NCBI RefSeq assembly: GCF_000002075.1
Contig: NW_004797951.1
Span: 280,852 to 339,185 of the forward strand
Length of the DNA: 58,334 bases
Reading direction: 5' to 3'
From: Aplysia californica
Lineage: Eukaryota
Below are positions 37,392 to 49,196 of the stretch, one piece after another. The number at the start of each line of letters is the position of its first letter. Positions within the stretch are counted from its first letter, which is position 1. The notes beneath the pieces were generated by a model. It worked only from the letters and a program-made list of their open reading frames with translations. It had not been told where the DNA came from and did no database searches. A program made the translations under genes and the position numbers.

Positions 37392-40300
37392 ATGGCACTG
37401 CGAATGGAGCCAGGTCAAGTGTACAACTCGTGGCTGGAATTCAAGCAAGCCCTTGAGGAGCACTGCAATGAGCACAAAGTCTTGTTTAACATTGGTCACG
37501 CCAAAACTGTGGAACAGGCAAACTCTCTTTTGAAGAAACCCCCGTTCTTTCACGACCGTCTGAAGTATGCATCATGCACACTGCGATGTAAACACTTCGG
37601 ATCCTACACAAGTCTCAGTGCTGGGTTGAGACCAAAGCAAAGGTTTGTCCCTCGCCCAATTTCTTAGATTTTAAGATCCTGTTATATATTATTTTGTTTT
37701 TCAGGGGGAAAAGTTGATAGAACAGATGTTCTCACATTTATTTTTTACCCTTTTTTCACCAGGAAAGAATTAGAGAAACCTGTTACTGTAACGTCACATG
37801 ATTTCATTACGTCTCTGATGTGATGTCAATGTGTTGAAATTTGACCGTTTTTATGTTTGTCGCCTGTGAAATATCCCTAATTATTGGCATAGAACCTTAT
37901 CTTAGTTTCCTTTTGCAGTTACTTGTCGTCCACATGAATAAATCTCAGAAGTGGCAATTGCCATAGCCTTAAGACAGCTTTAATTTATGAACAGAATGTT
38001 GAAATTTAATTGATTGAGGTAGCCTAGCTTCGTTTTTGTCAGAGTTTGAACTAAAGATACAGTGTGCTTCTAATGAAGGCACATCTCCACTGTGTCTGTA
38101 ACTGTTACAACTGTACAGAATTTATTTGTCTTACTTAGATTTTGTAAAAATATGTAACCATGATATGACTGGTCATTCCCTTACTTCTTGGCTTTTCATG
38201 TTGCCTAATCATACTACATGTACTTGTATTTGGCATGACAAATTTACAGGCTATTGATTCTAGTGCTTTCTCGTTGTTAGGTCGTTTTTATTTTTATCTT
38301 TTCCCGCCCTACATTGCGTCTTCTAAATGTGAACATATTTTTCTTTTCTTATTGAATGTTTAAAATTGATACCCTCACGATTTCCGGTTTGTGACTTCCG
38401 GTTTTTCCAGTGGATTTCTCATTATAGTGAATATTTGCATACATTGTATGCATTCACAGTAGAGAGATCCACAGAAAACACACACACAACAGTTACAGAT
38501 TTTAAATAGCAAAATATAAGAAGCCTAGTGAGATGCATTTTAAAAGAATATGTCATCCTATTTATGGAATGTTTGAGTCATCAATCCTCTTCTTTTTCTC
38601 CTCTATTGTTTTAGGAGCTACAAGATTGACTGCAAGGCTTTTGTCAGTGTCAGCGCGTGCCGCAAGGAGGGCTACTTGATTGTCCGTGACTCTTGTCATC
38701 TGCACTCACACCCATGCACCGAAGAAATCTACAACTCGTACCCGGAGGTGCGAAGGATGAGCAAAGACGAGAAGAAGATGGTGGGTACTCTAATGGAGAT
38801 GGGCGTTCCTGTGGCACAGATCAAGACTGCAATTGGAAGAAGTGTGACACCGAAGGACTTGCACAACGCTCGCTCGCACATGAAGCGAGTCCGGATGGGA
38901 CTGGACAGGGAAGAACCTAGGACGGGGCCCCGTAAGCGCCGGACGTACTCGGAGATGCAAGGGGACCATCAGGTGGTCGGTGAGATTCTCTCGGGTGGGG
39001 AGGAGGTAGAAGAGGACATGGAGGGAATTTCTTCTACTCCCGAGAAAAAGGTCAAGACGGAGAGTGAACAGGAAGAGAAGGGAACGGAGGAGGTGACCGA
39101 ATCGGCAGGTTTTTCCATGATGGTGGAGGGGATGGGCGACCAGTTGGGGGCTACAGACAATGGTTTGAGCGTGGTTGAGTCGTCTCAGGCGGGCTCCGAG
39201 AGAGAGGTGACCTCTAGCGTGGAGGATACTAGTGGACTATCCGGCCTCCTGGCAGCGGCGGGGCTCAGCTCAGACTCGGTGGTGCTCACCGTCAATCAGG
39301 GGTCAAAGTCTGAGGTGTCGGAGGAAACAGAAAAAAGAGAGAACCAGCCCAAGAACTCGTACACGGTCACTATCTCTCTACCCGAGGGGGACGTTACGCA
39401 CACAGGGACTGACTTACAAGAGCTGCTGAAAGGTCTTCCGCTAAATAAAATCGGGCCGACCGCCAAAGCAGATTCCTCTTCCCCTCTCCCAGCTGAGGTG
39501 AAGACAGAAGTGCCGAGAGGAGCAGACAGCGCGGGTAAAAGCTGCTCAAAGTGCGAGTCGTACATGTCGCCTCTGGATGGGCACAGCCTGTGTCTACAGT
39601 GTCTGGGGCCGGACCACCTGCTCATGAAGGAGTGCGTCCACTGCGCATCCATGAGACCCGAGCAGCTGTCCATTCGCAGAAAGCAGCTGGTACGACAGCG
39701 CATGAAAGCCCTGAAGGCTCTGCAGGACAAGAGGATGCGCCAGTCTTTGCTACAGTCGGACTCGGACGACAGCAGTGTGGCACCTATCATCTTGAGGAAA
39801 AGTAAGAGGGGTCGGAAGCCCAAGAACTATGGGCCGGATATCGCCGTGGAAAGTGCGTTTGTGAGGGGGTATACGTCTGCCAGAGACAAAGAGGGTGACA
39901 GAGTTCGCCCCAAAAGTGAGCCGTTCGATGAGTATGAATTGAACCCCTTTGAGCAGCAAGACAATGTAGCTGATTATGCTGAGGAGAATAAGTCCAGGTC
40001 TGCGTCATCTAACAGTCAGCGGTTTGATCACTTGCTGGGACAGACGGCTGTGCTCGACGACGTCATTTTGGAGGAAAGTGGTCAGGGCTCTCTGCTCTAT
40101 GTGCCAGGTCCAAGCGCTTGTGACGAATTTGCCAGAGTGACAGCGCTCCAGAACCCCCCAGCTACCCTAACCTCTCTCTACGGCAAGTACTCTCTTCACC
40201 AAAGCTTTGAGTCGGAGTACTGCAGTGATCCGCCTGCCCTCAGCAATGTGTCTGATCCGGGGGTCAAAGCCATGGGCTCTGGTTTGCGCAAGCTGGCGAA

Positions 40301-41120
40301 GAATGCAGCTGTCCAGACCAGGCTGGCTGTGTATGACCAAGTCTTCACACGTCTAGGGGTGGGTATGGCAGATGAAGCCCTGTCTATTCTCGGCGAGCTC
40401 TACGGTAAAGTCACTCACGTGACCGAGATCTCTCAGGAAGACCTGACCAACGACCTTCAAACAGCTCTTGATACCATACAAGCACTCAAAGACGTGTTGG
40501 AGGAACTTGGCATCATGTCCTCCGACGCCATCAGCACTGCAGCCCACCAACGAAGTCTGTCGATCGGCTCTCTCAACATAGCAAAGAAGTCACTCCAGCA
40601 ACAAGCAGATGCTTCAGAAGTCTCAAACCGCCGGCGGAAGTTCCAACCGTTCTCGCGTCCCAAAATAGCCCCAGTGATCATAAAAACACCCGAGCCCGCG
40701 CCAACTCCCCCACCACCCGTGCAGTCTTCATCCTCGTCCTCATCTTGCGCGACGAGCTCCCTGCCTGCCCTGTCCATCCCGAGCCAATACATGAAGCACC
40801 TGGTGGTCAACGTCTCTGCCGACAACGACCTTGCCCTCATCCCGTCCTCCACCGCCCAGGAAGTGACGTCCGAGCCCCAGCCAGACCCGAGCCCGGCGTT
40901 CATCAGCGTGTCCAGCAAGGAGTACTCGGTGGCGCCGCTGACGGTCAGCTCGGAGCTCCTACAGAGCCTGCAGGGCGGCAAAGAGGGCGTGATTGAGCTG
41001 CACGTCATGAAGGAGGATGCCGCGGGGATGCTCACGGCAGGAGACACCATTGAGGAGGTGATACACACGCAGTCCGAGGAGGTCCTCGATGCCTCCGGGG
41101 CATACCAGCTCAACAGTTGA
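37392..41120 (+). CDS. Chimeric transposon-derived putative nuclear protein, 918 aa: FAR1/ZSWIM3-N (Mutator) DNA-binding domain + DIRS Gag-type zinc finger + LAP2alpha-like helical domain
   Basis: Exons 37392-37642 (aactATGg start, AG|gtttgt donor) and 38615-41120 (ttttag acceptor) join in frame (phase 2) to give 2757 nt with no stops or frameshifts. The N-terminus has C-x23-C-x23-H-x-H followed by a MULE-type helical segment (..TPKDLHN). Confidence 0.85.
39543..39690 (+). other. DIRS1-like Gag/ORF1 N-terminal zinc finger within the chimeric gene
   Basis: CSKCESYMSPLDGHSLCLQCLGPDHLLMKECVHCASMRPEQLSIRR fits the recalled DIRS ORF1 pattern CxxC-x7-D[GP]HxxCxxCLGxxH-x5/9-CxxCxxM...L..R. Confidence 0.75.
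40140..40660 (+). other. LAP2alpha-like / DIRS Gag helical domain within the chimeric gene
   Basis: Amphipathic helices ...DPGVKAMGSGLRKLAKNAAVQTRLA...DAISTAAHQRSL followed by the basic RRRKFQPF; order and spacing after the zinc finger and low-complexity linker match DIRS ORF1. Pattern recognition only. Confidence 0.5.
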
Positions 41121-41324
41121 TGAGAGGTCACCCTTTAGTTTATCGAGGAGGTGATACATACGCAGTCCGAAGAAGTCCTAGATGCCTCCAAGGCCAGCCA
41201 GCTCAACAGTTGAGGAGACGTCACCCCTTAGTTTATCGAGGAGGTGATACACACGCAGTCCGAGGAAGTCCTCGAAGCCTCCGGCCATACCAGCTCAACA
41301 GTTGATGAGACGTCACCCTTTAGT
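41052..41324 (+). repeat. 93-bp tandem triplication spanning the stop codon of the chimeric gene
   Basis: Units start at 41052, 41145 and 41238 (gaggaggtgataca...cagctcaacagttga...caccc.ttagt). Confidence 0.95.
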
Positions 41325-42129
41325 CCTTTGAAGATGTGATAATCACACCACAGTACATGAAGGAGACTTTTGAGACAATGTCATGCCACACCAGCTCATT
41401 AGTCAATGCTTCGTCACCCGGCCCCTTGTATTTTGGAGAGGTGAATCAAAATAATCTAGTCTACCACGGATGCCCTTGGTGTAACCAGGGGGTGACCACT
41501 CAAAAGTTGATACAATATCTCCTTATATTCTTTTGACCCGTTCTTCAGTGAAGTGGTTAGACTTTTTTGCCCTGCATTCACTAGACATGAGTTTGTTTCC
41601 AAGATGGTTTATTGTAAGAATATTTCATTGAATGATTGATTGAAGTTCTCTGCTGGTCAGCTGCCAAGATTATTGAGATGTACCCCACATAGTCTGGTTA
41701 GCTTGGACAGGTGGAACTGAAGTAGCCTGTCTCGTAAATGATCTTATCTGTTTCAATGGGATCTCAGAACAGTTTCTCTCTTTTGACCTAGTAGGCCCTA
41801 CTAGTACTAGTACAGTTGAGGTTAAGGACCAGAGTCTTCCTTTTCCTCAGTGAATTGACTGCCAAGTATACAAGTGTCTCTTATACTTATTTAACTTATA
41901 CTGCTTAAATCTAATCAAACTTTTTGGCATTTTCAAAAAGGCATGAACCGGTACCATATATATGCTGCTATTCATTTCATGTTGCAATATTTTGTTACAT
42001 TCATGGAAGAGTGTTACATAAATTAAAAACTCAAGTAGACATATTCAACACTGTTTGTCTTCATTTTTCTCTCCAATGATAAGATCATCTTTGGCCTTTC
42101 TTTCTTTTTGTGCTGCTTGAATCCCTCTC

Positions 42130-42345
42130 TACTAGTGTCTGTGGTGCACGTAGGAGACCCAAGTTGGGAGAAATATATCGAATGTAGTGTATCTGAAGTC
42201 AATCTATCTTTCTGCTGAGATGTATATATTATATTCCCTCTCAGTCTCAGGCTAGGTTGGCCCTGACAGGCATGGTTGGAAGCACGTCTACTATTACTAT
42301 TACTACTAACCTAACTTGTGTTGATGGGGGTGTAAAATCATCAAC
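42130..42345 (+). mobile_element. SINE-like repeat, family C
   Basis: tactagtgtctgtggtgcacgtaggagacccaagttgggagaaat...ctaggttggccctgacaggcatggttggaagc; second copy at 42560-42760 and a partial inverted copy at 47180-47310. Confidence 0.75.
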
Positions 42346-42559
42346 TAGATCTACAATTTTTTAATTTTTAAAATTCCGTTCAGTGCAGCCTCTCTATATA
42401 TAACAACCTTCGATATAACGACATCCTGTGTATAGCGAAATGGTGCCCAGGTCCCGATTTTTTTCTTATATCGTTAGCAATGTTTTTGGTTGCCTGTCCT
42501 TAATAACAACACTCTAAAAAGACATTTTTTTCTGGTCTCAACAATGTTGTTGGATCCCT

Positions 42560-42760
42560 TACTACTAGCGTCTGAGGTGCACGCAGGAGACCCAAGTTGG
42601 GAGAAATGTATGTATATATTGAATGCAATGTATCTCAGTCTTTCTGCCGAGATGTTGTATCCTTCTCACACTAGGTTGGCCCTGACAGGCACAGTTGGAA
42701 GTCCGTCTTCTATTAGATGACCTAATCTAATTTGTATTAATGGGGACGTAAAAATCATCT
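42560..42760 (+). mobile_element. SINE-like repeat, family C, abutting a Tc1/pogo-like MITE remnant (42381-42555)
   Basis: Near-identical to the 42130 copy; upstream cagtgcagcctctctatatataacaaccttcgatataacgac resembles pogo/Tigger MITE ends. Confidence 0.7.
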
Positions 42761-44088
42761 CCCACAATTAAATCACGTACCTAACCCAGAATATGATTTC
42801 AAAGTTGGAGCACATCAGGGCATGGGGAGGAGAGGAAATACATGCATGTACATCCATTTGCAACAACTAGCCAAATGTAGGTCCACCTCAAGTACTGTAC
42901 ATATTTTATGTTAGGCCCTATTTCATTTTGAGGTTTGGTTGGGGAGGCAGATGTTATTTGTAAAATTCAGCTATAGGCCTATTCTTTCATTTTTACTTTG
43001 AACTGTTCTGTGGTTTTATGCACCCCACATAATTTAGCAAAATTTGATCATTTTTTGCATAATTTCTGATCATTTTGCTTTGATAAAATTAACAGAATCA
43101 CATAATTTCACATTTTTGGGCTCAGTTTGCATAATTTCAGAATTTTTTTTGCATAAAACCACAGGGACAGTTTGAACAAAAAAAGTACAACATTGAAACG
43201 GGCTGGAACAAAAACAAACAAACAAGTCTCCTTGTTTTTTCAATAATTATTTTATTGCTTAGTTTCATCTCGGCAGAAGTCTTCATTTTGAAGAATAATA
43301 TCAAAATATATATATAAACCAAACATCCACATATATTATGGACGGTGAAAAATTGGCAAAACGGTGAAAGCTTTCATCTACCTACTCGTTTGAAGAAATT
43401 GAAGTGACATAGTGGGAGAAGAAAACCCCTCAGCACTACAGTGCAAACAGTTGAAGAAGAAACAGTAAAACTTATTAACCCTTCCAGCCCCAGCCATTTT
43501 TGTGCACTCCCTAACCCCAGTCCCAGCCAATACAGCAGTATTTCAGAAAAAGAGGCATGCATTCTGAAAAAGTGATGAAGTACCTTTGTAATGAGGTTTA
43601 GATCTAGATATAAAAAAAACAACCATATAACAATGTAAGATAAATGAACTTGGAAAATTAAAGTTTCTTTAGGTTCACTAATTAATTTAGAAAAATGCAC
43701 AAATTCAGTACCCCCAGAAACAGAATACAGATCTACGCTCTTGGGATCGCGGGGGGTACAAGCGCTGCTGAAAATATATGCGCATTGGGCTAGAAGTGTT
43801 AAGTAACTATGGTACAACCAGAAAGTGTCAACCCAAACCAGGATCGTAGCGAACTTTGTCGGAGATAAAGTAAAAAAAGATACAGTTGAGTCCTCTTAAT
43901 AAACTGTAACGTAACTGTAATCTATGGAGCAGCTGGATTTACTCCAGTTTAGAAAAGTTTCTCAAAATGAAGAGAGAAAAAAGGAGAGATTTTCATTTTC
44001 TTTTCTTTCGGTTTTTCCTGTTTTCGGATAAGAATCTAACCAAGTTCTGTTCAAGTGAAATCCATTGTATATACATACATTGCCATTA

Positions 44089-45003
44089 CGTTACCTCAGA
44101 ATTACGAAGTTCTATCTGACATTTTTGGCCGATTTGAGTTACTAAAACCTTGAGGCCAGAAATCATGTTCTATCTGCTCTATCAAAATCATAAGACTATT
44201 TAGAGTTGTTATCAAGATGTTCAAAGAATTGCATTATAAAAAAAAGCTTGACATATTGTAAAACTCAATTTCTTAATGTCAAATCTTAAAACTAGGTACT
44301 GAGCTGATTTTTAAAAACTTTGTAATTCTGTAATTCTGGGGTAGCGATTACGATATAAATAAATGTTTCTACAGAGCTGGTGAAGAAAAAAAAAAATGGG
44401 TCTGAAAATAGCCACAAAGTAGGCTACCGTACAGAAAGGAAGTAAGAGTAGACCTAGGCATACTAACTAGTAGTGACACCATCCTTCCTTTCCACCTGCT
44501 TCATTTAAAAAGGTTGAACCTACAGTTAACTACAAAGATGAAGGAAAAATCTGAAGTTTGTAAAATCGCTGAGTGAAATTCTGCCGTAAGTCATAAGCTG
44601 ACAAAACACCTTTTTAAAAATTTACAGCAGTTTGGAGAAAAACAGTTTTTATGTTAGCGTAAGCATCGAAAAATAAAGGTCTTCCGGAATTCGAATTCAA
44701 ATTTATTCAAAAACTAGTCACAGTTTCACTTTGATTTTTTCACACAAGTAGTAGTAGGGTAACTGATGAGGCTTTCGATTTAGCAAAAAAAAATGTTAGC
44801 GCCAAAATGGGGAAAAAAGGCGTTTTGTCAGCTTACGGCAGTATTGTGGGAGTCCATTGGGAGCCATGGACAGCTAACCACGACTCAGTGCTTTCTTGTC
44901 GCATCTCCATTTTTTAACAGTTCTTCTTAAGTTCACTCTTTGTTATTAACTGTTTTCAGTTATTAAAAATGGAAATACGACAAGAAAACACTGAGGTCGC
45001 GTA
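44089..45003. mobile_element. Cluster of three short inverted-repeat elements (44089-44346, 44579-44843, 44878-45003)
   Basis: TIR pairs cgttacctcagaattac / gtaattctggggtagcg; ctgccgtaag..ctgacaaaac / gttttgtcagcttacggcag; ctcagtgctttcttgtcg / cgacaagaaaacactgag. Confidence 0.7.
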
Positions 45004-47311
45004 ATGTAGGTGAAGAAAAGTGCAAAGTCACTGGGGATTCACACAGTAAAGAACATTTCATTGAACAAAAATAATTTGTATGGAAAAAAACAAAAACTCA
45101 TCCCAACTGGGAAACCGGAACAACAGGTTGTCATAAATGTGTCAAAAGCAAATTTAATCAAGAGCTGTACATATTTAATGAATTAAATGATATTCCATTG
45201 TTCATCACACTGTGGTACGTATGGTAACACCCAATAATTCAAAGCTATTTAAATAACTAGGGTTGATTAAAAGATAAGACATCCAGTTTAATTATGTCCA
45301 CCTCCAAATTGAAAACTCGCTTATCAAGAACGACAGTCCAAGACCATCCTGTTGGGTATTCGAACTGAAGTCATTTGCTTCATAAATGGCGCTGAATTGA
45401 GCTATTCTGAGAGACTGCAATGCATGATGAAGATAACATGACAAAGTATCTCAAAGAAAATATATGTCTCTCTAGATCTGTGTCTTCAAAACTCACCCAG
45501 AGACATCTGTAAAATATGCGCAAATTAGACTACAAAAGTACATTTGTACAAATGTGACCCACCTGATATCTTCTACGTTCACTGTTTTTCACCTATAAAA
45601 CAGATCACATCTTAGCTAATAGTAGAAGTACAGTATATACACACTTGTAATAAATAATAATGATAATTAATTATCTTTATCTGGCCCTCCACCGGGAAGG
45701 TATATAAAAATTATTCGATTTTGAAGTGAGCTTTTGTGTGAATGCTACACCCTATAATTACACACAAATACGTGACCATACACAAAGCTTATCTCGTAAA
45801 AAACAGAAGGCTTGGAGGAAAACCTTTCAGTAAATATTTTTAAAAGTCCTCTGGCACAGTGCACACATGCTCAAATCCTGGCCAATACCAATAACAAGAA
45901 GTTTCATTTTATGTGAACTTACTTAGGTGGATGTGACTTTAAAGAAAACATTTTTATGTGATGACCAACAGGTATATAAGATAATAATGTAAATTTCATT
46001 CCACAAAAGGATGACCTGTTGTGGGGGTTCCCAGTACAGAGCATTAGACTAGCATTAGTGTCTACTACAGTGGAGTCTGCTTAATTTAAAAACCATTATT
46101 TTATATAATAATCCAAAAACAGCGGTAAACCAAAAACAAAATTAAATCCCTGATTTTTTGGTTCTTCTTTTATAAAATGTGAGCAACCTCTCTAAACTGT
46201 AAAATGAAAACTCGGATTAATTAAAGAAAATCTGGCAGTCCCTCAGATTTAACAGTGCCGATTCCACTGTGCTTGACAATACACACTAAGCTGTCCTATG
46301 AACAGCCATCAGCAGGAATAAGACTAATAGAAAAGATCGTACAACATAACAAGATAGTTAACTCTGCAAAAAAAAGTGTCCATGGAAGTCCGCGCATTGG
46401 TTCAGATGGCGCTGCAGTCTTCGTTTTGAAGCTCACTTTCGTTTCTCCAGAAGAATAGGAATAGTACAGTTTGTCAGTTTCACTTTTATTGTTTCTCACA
46501 CAAGTAGGGGAACTCCCATCGCAAAGTCCACACTTGTTCGAAGAGGGCGCCACCAAATTTTGAGAACACTTTTTTAATGGGCTCAAAGAGAAGAGTGAAC
46601 TATATGGTTATGTACGGTTGTTGGATCATGTAATAGTAATAAGAAGAAAAAGTGTGGCGCCAAAAAAAAAAAGTTTTAAAAGGACCGCTTTTTTTACAAG
46701 AAGAGTCCAACCAATACATGTACTTCAGTTTCAATGCATAGTGATGTGTGTCAGCGTAATATAATTCATAATTTACTCAAGATTTCTCACCCAGTGCAGG
46801 GCATTCTTGTGATAAAATAAATTTACAATTTACAGAGTTATGATCTCTCACTTTGTATTACCGGTACAGAGTTTCAATTCTTAGCATCACTCTTTGATTT
46901 GTTTCTGTTCTCCATATTTAGAAAAAATATAAAGGCACAATATAATATACAATGGGATACCGGTACCAGTAATGTGATTCATTCTCCATCTCTTTCTCCC
47001 TCTCTTCCATCCTCCCCTCACTTTCTCTCTCCCTGCTCTTTACAACCCTTGAGGGCTTTCTTCAATCTTCATCATCGCTTACCTCTCCTCGCAAACAAAA
47101 TGACACACTCTCAATTTTCCATCAATCACCAGTGTCATCAAATTATATTATATATATGTAAAAAAAAAAATTATTTGAATTAAATGTCGATGCTTTCACT
47201 CCCCTATTGACACTATTTAGATCACGAAGGAAGCAGGCTTCGACCATGCCTGTCAGGGCCAACCTGGGCTGAAAGGGATACAACGCCCCAGCAGAAAGAA
47301 AGACCCAGATC

Positions 47312-47990
47312 TCTCTCTTGCCCTTTTTAACTCCCAGTGGAGCATAGGCCATCAACAACATTTCTCCAGTGAAGCCTGTCCTAAGCATCCTTTTCTAGCT
47401 GCTTCCATGATGTCCCCGCCTCTTCCATTTCCGCTTGTACAGCTCGCCTCCATGTCATCTTTGGCCTTCCTTTCTTACGCTTTCTTTGTGGATTCCACGT
47501 CAAAGCGTGTCTGATGATGCTTGTCGGGGGTCTCTTCAGGGTATGTCCAATCCATTTCCATTTCTTCACTTGTATGTCTTCCTTTACTGGCCTTTGACTT
47601 GTTCTCTCTCACAGTTGAGCATTAGTGACTCGATCGTACGACTTGATCCCAACTATCCTTCTTAGACATCCATTTATGAAGCTCTGCAGTTTCCCTGCTG
47701 CTGATGCTGTGAGCCTCCATGTCTCTGAACCATACAGTAGAACAGTCTTCACTTTTGTTTTGAAGAACCTCAGCTTAGTGTTCAATCCCAGTTCCTTAGC
47801 CATCCATACATTCCTGAGGATGATGAATGCTGTTCTTTCCTTTTGGATTCTGACCTTGATGTCTTCGTCTGTTCCCCCTGCCTTGTTGATGACACTTCCC
47901 AGGTAGGCGAAGGATTCAACATCCGCCAATGGTGTCCCTTGCAGTGTGATAGGAACGTCGGTTGCATTCATTCGAAGAACTTTTGTTTTA
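47312..47990 (-). mobile_element. RTE-clade LINE fragment (post-RT region, frameshifted)
   Basis: VESFAYLGSVI...DEDIKVRIQK...KTVLLYGSETW, then KWKWIGHTLKRP...ALTWNPQRKRKKGRPKMTWRR. Confidence 0.9.
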
Positions 47991-48719
47991 TCCAAGACCC
48001 AGATACTCAATAAAAATTCTCCCCATATGGGAATCGACCTCACATCTGCTGCATGTGATGGCAAAGTGCCTAATCACTACATTACACGCGCCAGTTGTGT
48101 CAAAAGGGAAGGGACGAAATAAAGAAATACAGACCCCCAAGACATAATTCTATGGAATCATTATAGCAGGTATATTTCATCAATGCAAACAATGTCTAAT
48201 TTGACATTTTAACAGAAATCATAAAAGAAATACACAAAAACACATGTCGTGTAGGGCCTGGGCTCATTTATGACACAGAAGAAGATTAAACTACTGCTGT
48301 GTCAAAGCTAAAGGCTACTGAACCTTTCCCAACACACCATGTAGGTCTACTACTAAAATAGACCAACAATTTGTCAGAAAATGTAAGCAATCTTTGGCCT
48401 GTTTAAGACTTTTCCTTCCTGATGACTTCATGAATTCAAAACATTTTCTGTTCTCACAATGAAAAAAATTTGGCTCACTTAAATTCAAATTCAAGCTTGG
48501 TTTTTGTCTCATAAGTTAAAAAATATTTTTAAAATACTTATTCTAAGTAGATCTACACAGGCTGTCGACAGGTCATTTGAGGTTGATGATCAGAGCTCAG
48601 CTTATGAAACTTTTGATAAATTTTTGGCCAAGTTTTGCTGGACAGGTTCTCAGCTTTCTGCTGTTTACATTACAATCCGACACGTAGGAGTGGGAAAGAT
48701 AATGTCCATCAGCCGCATA

Positions 48720-49035
48720 ATTATCATCAGGATTTCTCACCTTGTGCCAGAGTATAGGCCACTAACAACAGCTCTTCATTTACTTCTGTCCTGGACTATT
48801 GTCTGCACGTCTGTTCAGCTGTATCTCACCCCCTTCAGTTCTGACTGCATCCTTCCTTTATGTACTTTTAAGCCTTCCTTTCTTTATCTTTCCTCATGGA
48901 TTCCACCTGAAGGCTTGGTGGGTAACCAATATCTGTTTTCTGTTTTCTCAAGGTGAGTCCAATCCACTTCCATTTTCTCTTTCAAACTTTTATGTTCTAT
49001 TTTCTGTTGATTTGTTTGCTCCCATAATTGTTAAT
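48720..49035 (-). mobile_element. Degenerate RTE-clade LINE 3' fragment
   Basis: aatccacttccattttct and catggattccacc correspond to the KWKWI and WNP motifs of the 47312 element. Confidence 0.6.
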
Positions 49036-49196
49036 TTCCGATGGTGAAGATAACATCCAGGATCAATGAAACTTATGAATACAACGTTCGTGGGTAAAGA
49101 ATTAGTTTTCACAAGGAGTAAGAAGAAGCACCGGCCTCTCCACGACATGGAAACTCCCCAGGAAACTGTTTGTGTTGGCCACCAGCCAGACAGAGG

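Noticed and set aside
40670-40720. REV7-binding PxxxPP motif in the chimeric protein, next to MAD2L2
   Set aside because: A proline-rich low-complexity match lacking the preceding hydrophobic residues; gene adjacency in animals is not evidence of interaction.
39296-41131. Antisense ORFs of 175 and 224 aa
   Set aside because: Shadows of the GC-rich sense exon, with no recognisable motifs.
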